The position numbers and the translations under genes are program-made. 64,000 nucleotides of DNA from Oscillospiraceae bacterium (GTDB lineage Bacteria > Bacillota > Clostridia > Oscillospirales > Ruminococcaceae), in assembly GCA_045631325.1 (NCBI GenBank), contig JAZQUO010000060.1, positions 10,274-74,273 on the forward strand, in the 5' to 3' direction. Numbering within the stretch: the first letter of the stretch is position 1; each line of letters starts with the position of its first letter. This document shows, one piece after another, positions 63,442-64,000 of this stretch. The notes below the pieces were generated by a model that was not told where the DNA came from, made no database searches, and saw only the letters and a program-made list of their open reading frames with translations.

Positions 63442-64000
63442 TTATTCAAAATCCTCCTTTGCTTTCGGAAGGCTCCAACGGAATTTTGCCGCAAGAAGCC
63501 GAAGGGCGGTTACAGCAAAAGCACATCCGAAAACGGCCGCGGACTGTCCGGAAATATTCCAGAGAACGATAAAGATAAACGCGCCGATAAGCGAAGCGCT
63601 TGCATAAAAATGCTTGACGAAAATATAAGGGGTGTTTCCGGAAAGAACGTCGCGCAAAACTCCGCCGCCGATTCCGGTTATCATTCCGACGAAAACAAGA
63701 AGAAAAATGCTTCTGTGTCCCGCAATGCAGGCGGTTTCGATTCCGACTGCGGTAAAAATTCCAAGACCGAGGGAATCCATTAAAAGCATTGTTTTTTCAT
63801 AAATACTCTGTTTTCTGAAAAGGAAACGGCGGACGGCAGGAATAAATATAATTACCGAAACAAAAATCGCAACAAGCGCATAAACCGGATTCCGGAAGGT
63901 TGCAGGAGGGGTGTTTCCAAGAATAAGGTCGCGGATAACTCCGCCGCCGACGGAAGTTACGGTTCCGAGAACGGTTACACCGAAAATATCCATCTTCTTT
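63442..64000 (-). CDS. TRIC / UPF0126 (YicG/YadS-like) membrane channel protein, 5' end outside window
   Basis: The UPF0126 motif occurs twice: TSVGGGVIRDLILGNTPP and TGIGGGVLRDVLSGNTP. The frame is open to the window edge. Confidence 0.75.
   Translation of the reverse strand, partial: KKMDIFGVTVLGTVTSVGGGVIRDLILGNTPPATFRNPVYALVAIFVSVIIFIPAVRRFLFRKQSIYEKTMLLMDSLGLGIFTAVGIETACIAGHRSIFLLVFVGMITGIGGGVLRDVLSGNTPYIFVKHFYASASLIGAFIFIVLWNISGQSAAVFGCAFAVTALRLLAAKFRWSLPKAKEDFE

Noticed and set aside
1-64000. CRISPR arrays, tRNA/rRNA genes, IS elements or transposases
   Set aside because: I found no regularly spaced direct repeats with unique spacers, no tRNA-like cloverleaf candidates, and no transposase or integrase-like ORFs. 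The pervasive ggaa/ttcc texture is compositional (Glu/Gly/Phe/Ser codon preference), not a repeat array.

Overview
The window looks like a Firmicutes (Clostridia-like) chromosome segment with strong codon bias (Leu mostly CTT; TTA/CTA/TCA almost absent in native genes). That bias creates very long stop-free antisense shadow ORFs. I see four blocks.

(1) 0.8-33.8 kb is a plus-strand surface-structure super-locus. It starts with a secreted helical-repeat protein and a degenerate HD-GYP/EAL protein. A roughly 21-kb operon-like array follows. It encodes at least five, probably eight, paralogous TasA/camelysin-like proteins (373-1531 aa) with SipW-type signal peptides. It also holds two SipW-type (archaeal/ER-type) signal peptidases, a membrane-anchored McrB-family AAA+ NTPase with an apparently nuclease-less McrC-like coiled-coil partner, and a divergent Lgt-like protein. 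A BspA-type LRR surface protein and a 2107-aa putative sortase substrate come next. This array is my best candidate for an undescribed system: a multi-subunit SipW-dependent fibre with an embedded NTPase module.

(2) 33.8-44.1 kb holds ordinary genes: M20 peptidase, GH13 glycosidase, an ATPase with an in-frame stop, Fe-alcohol dehydrogenase, a Cys-less thioredoxin-fold protein, an L-cysteine desulfidase family protein, a GNAT acetyltransferase, and the radical-SAM/DUF4130-type putative DNA repair pair.

(3) 44.3-61.8 kb is a compact phage-like element of about 17.5 kb. It has a CI/Xre-like S24 repressor, divergent promoters with repeated CAC-N5-GTG operator-like sites, terminase, scaffold, capsid, portal, fibre genes and a lysis cassette. 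I find no integrase or replication genes. It also carries a polymorphic-toxin-like locus: a full-length toxin, an immunity candidate, a promoterless orphan C-terminal cassette behind a 148-bp recombination repeat, and a second immunity candidate.

(4) 61.8-64.0 kb holds an ECF sigma/anti-sigma pair and a partial TRIC/UPF0126 channel gene.

I found no rRNA, tRNA or CRISPR array. All family assignments come from motif recognition by eye, not from searches.
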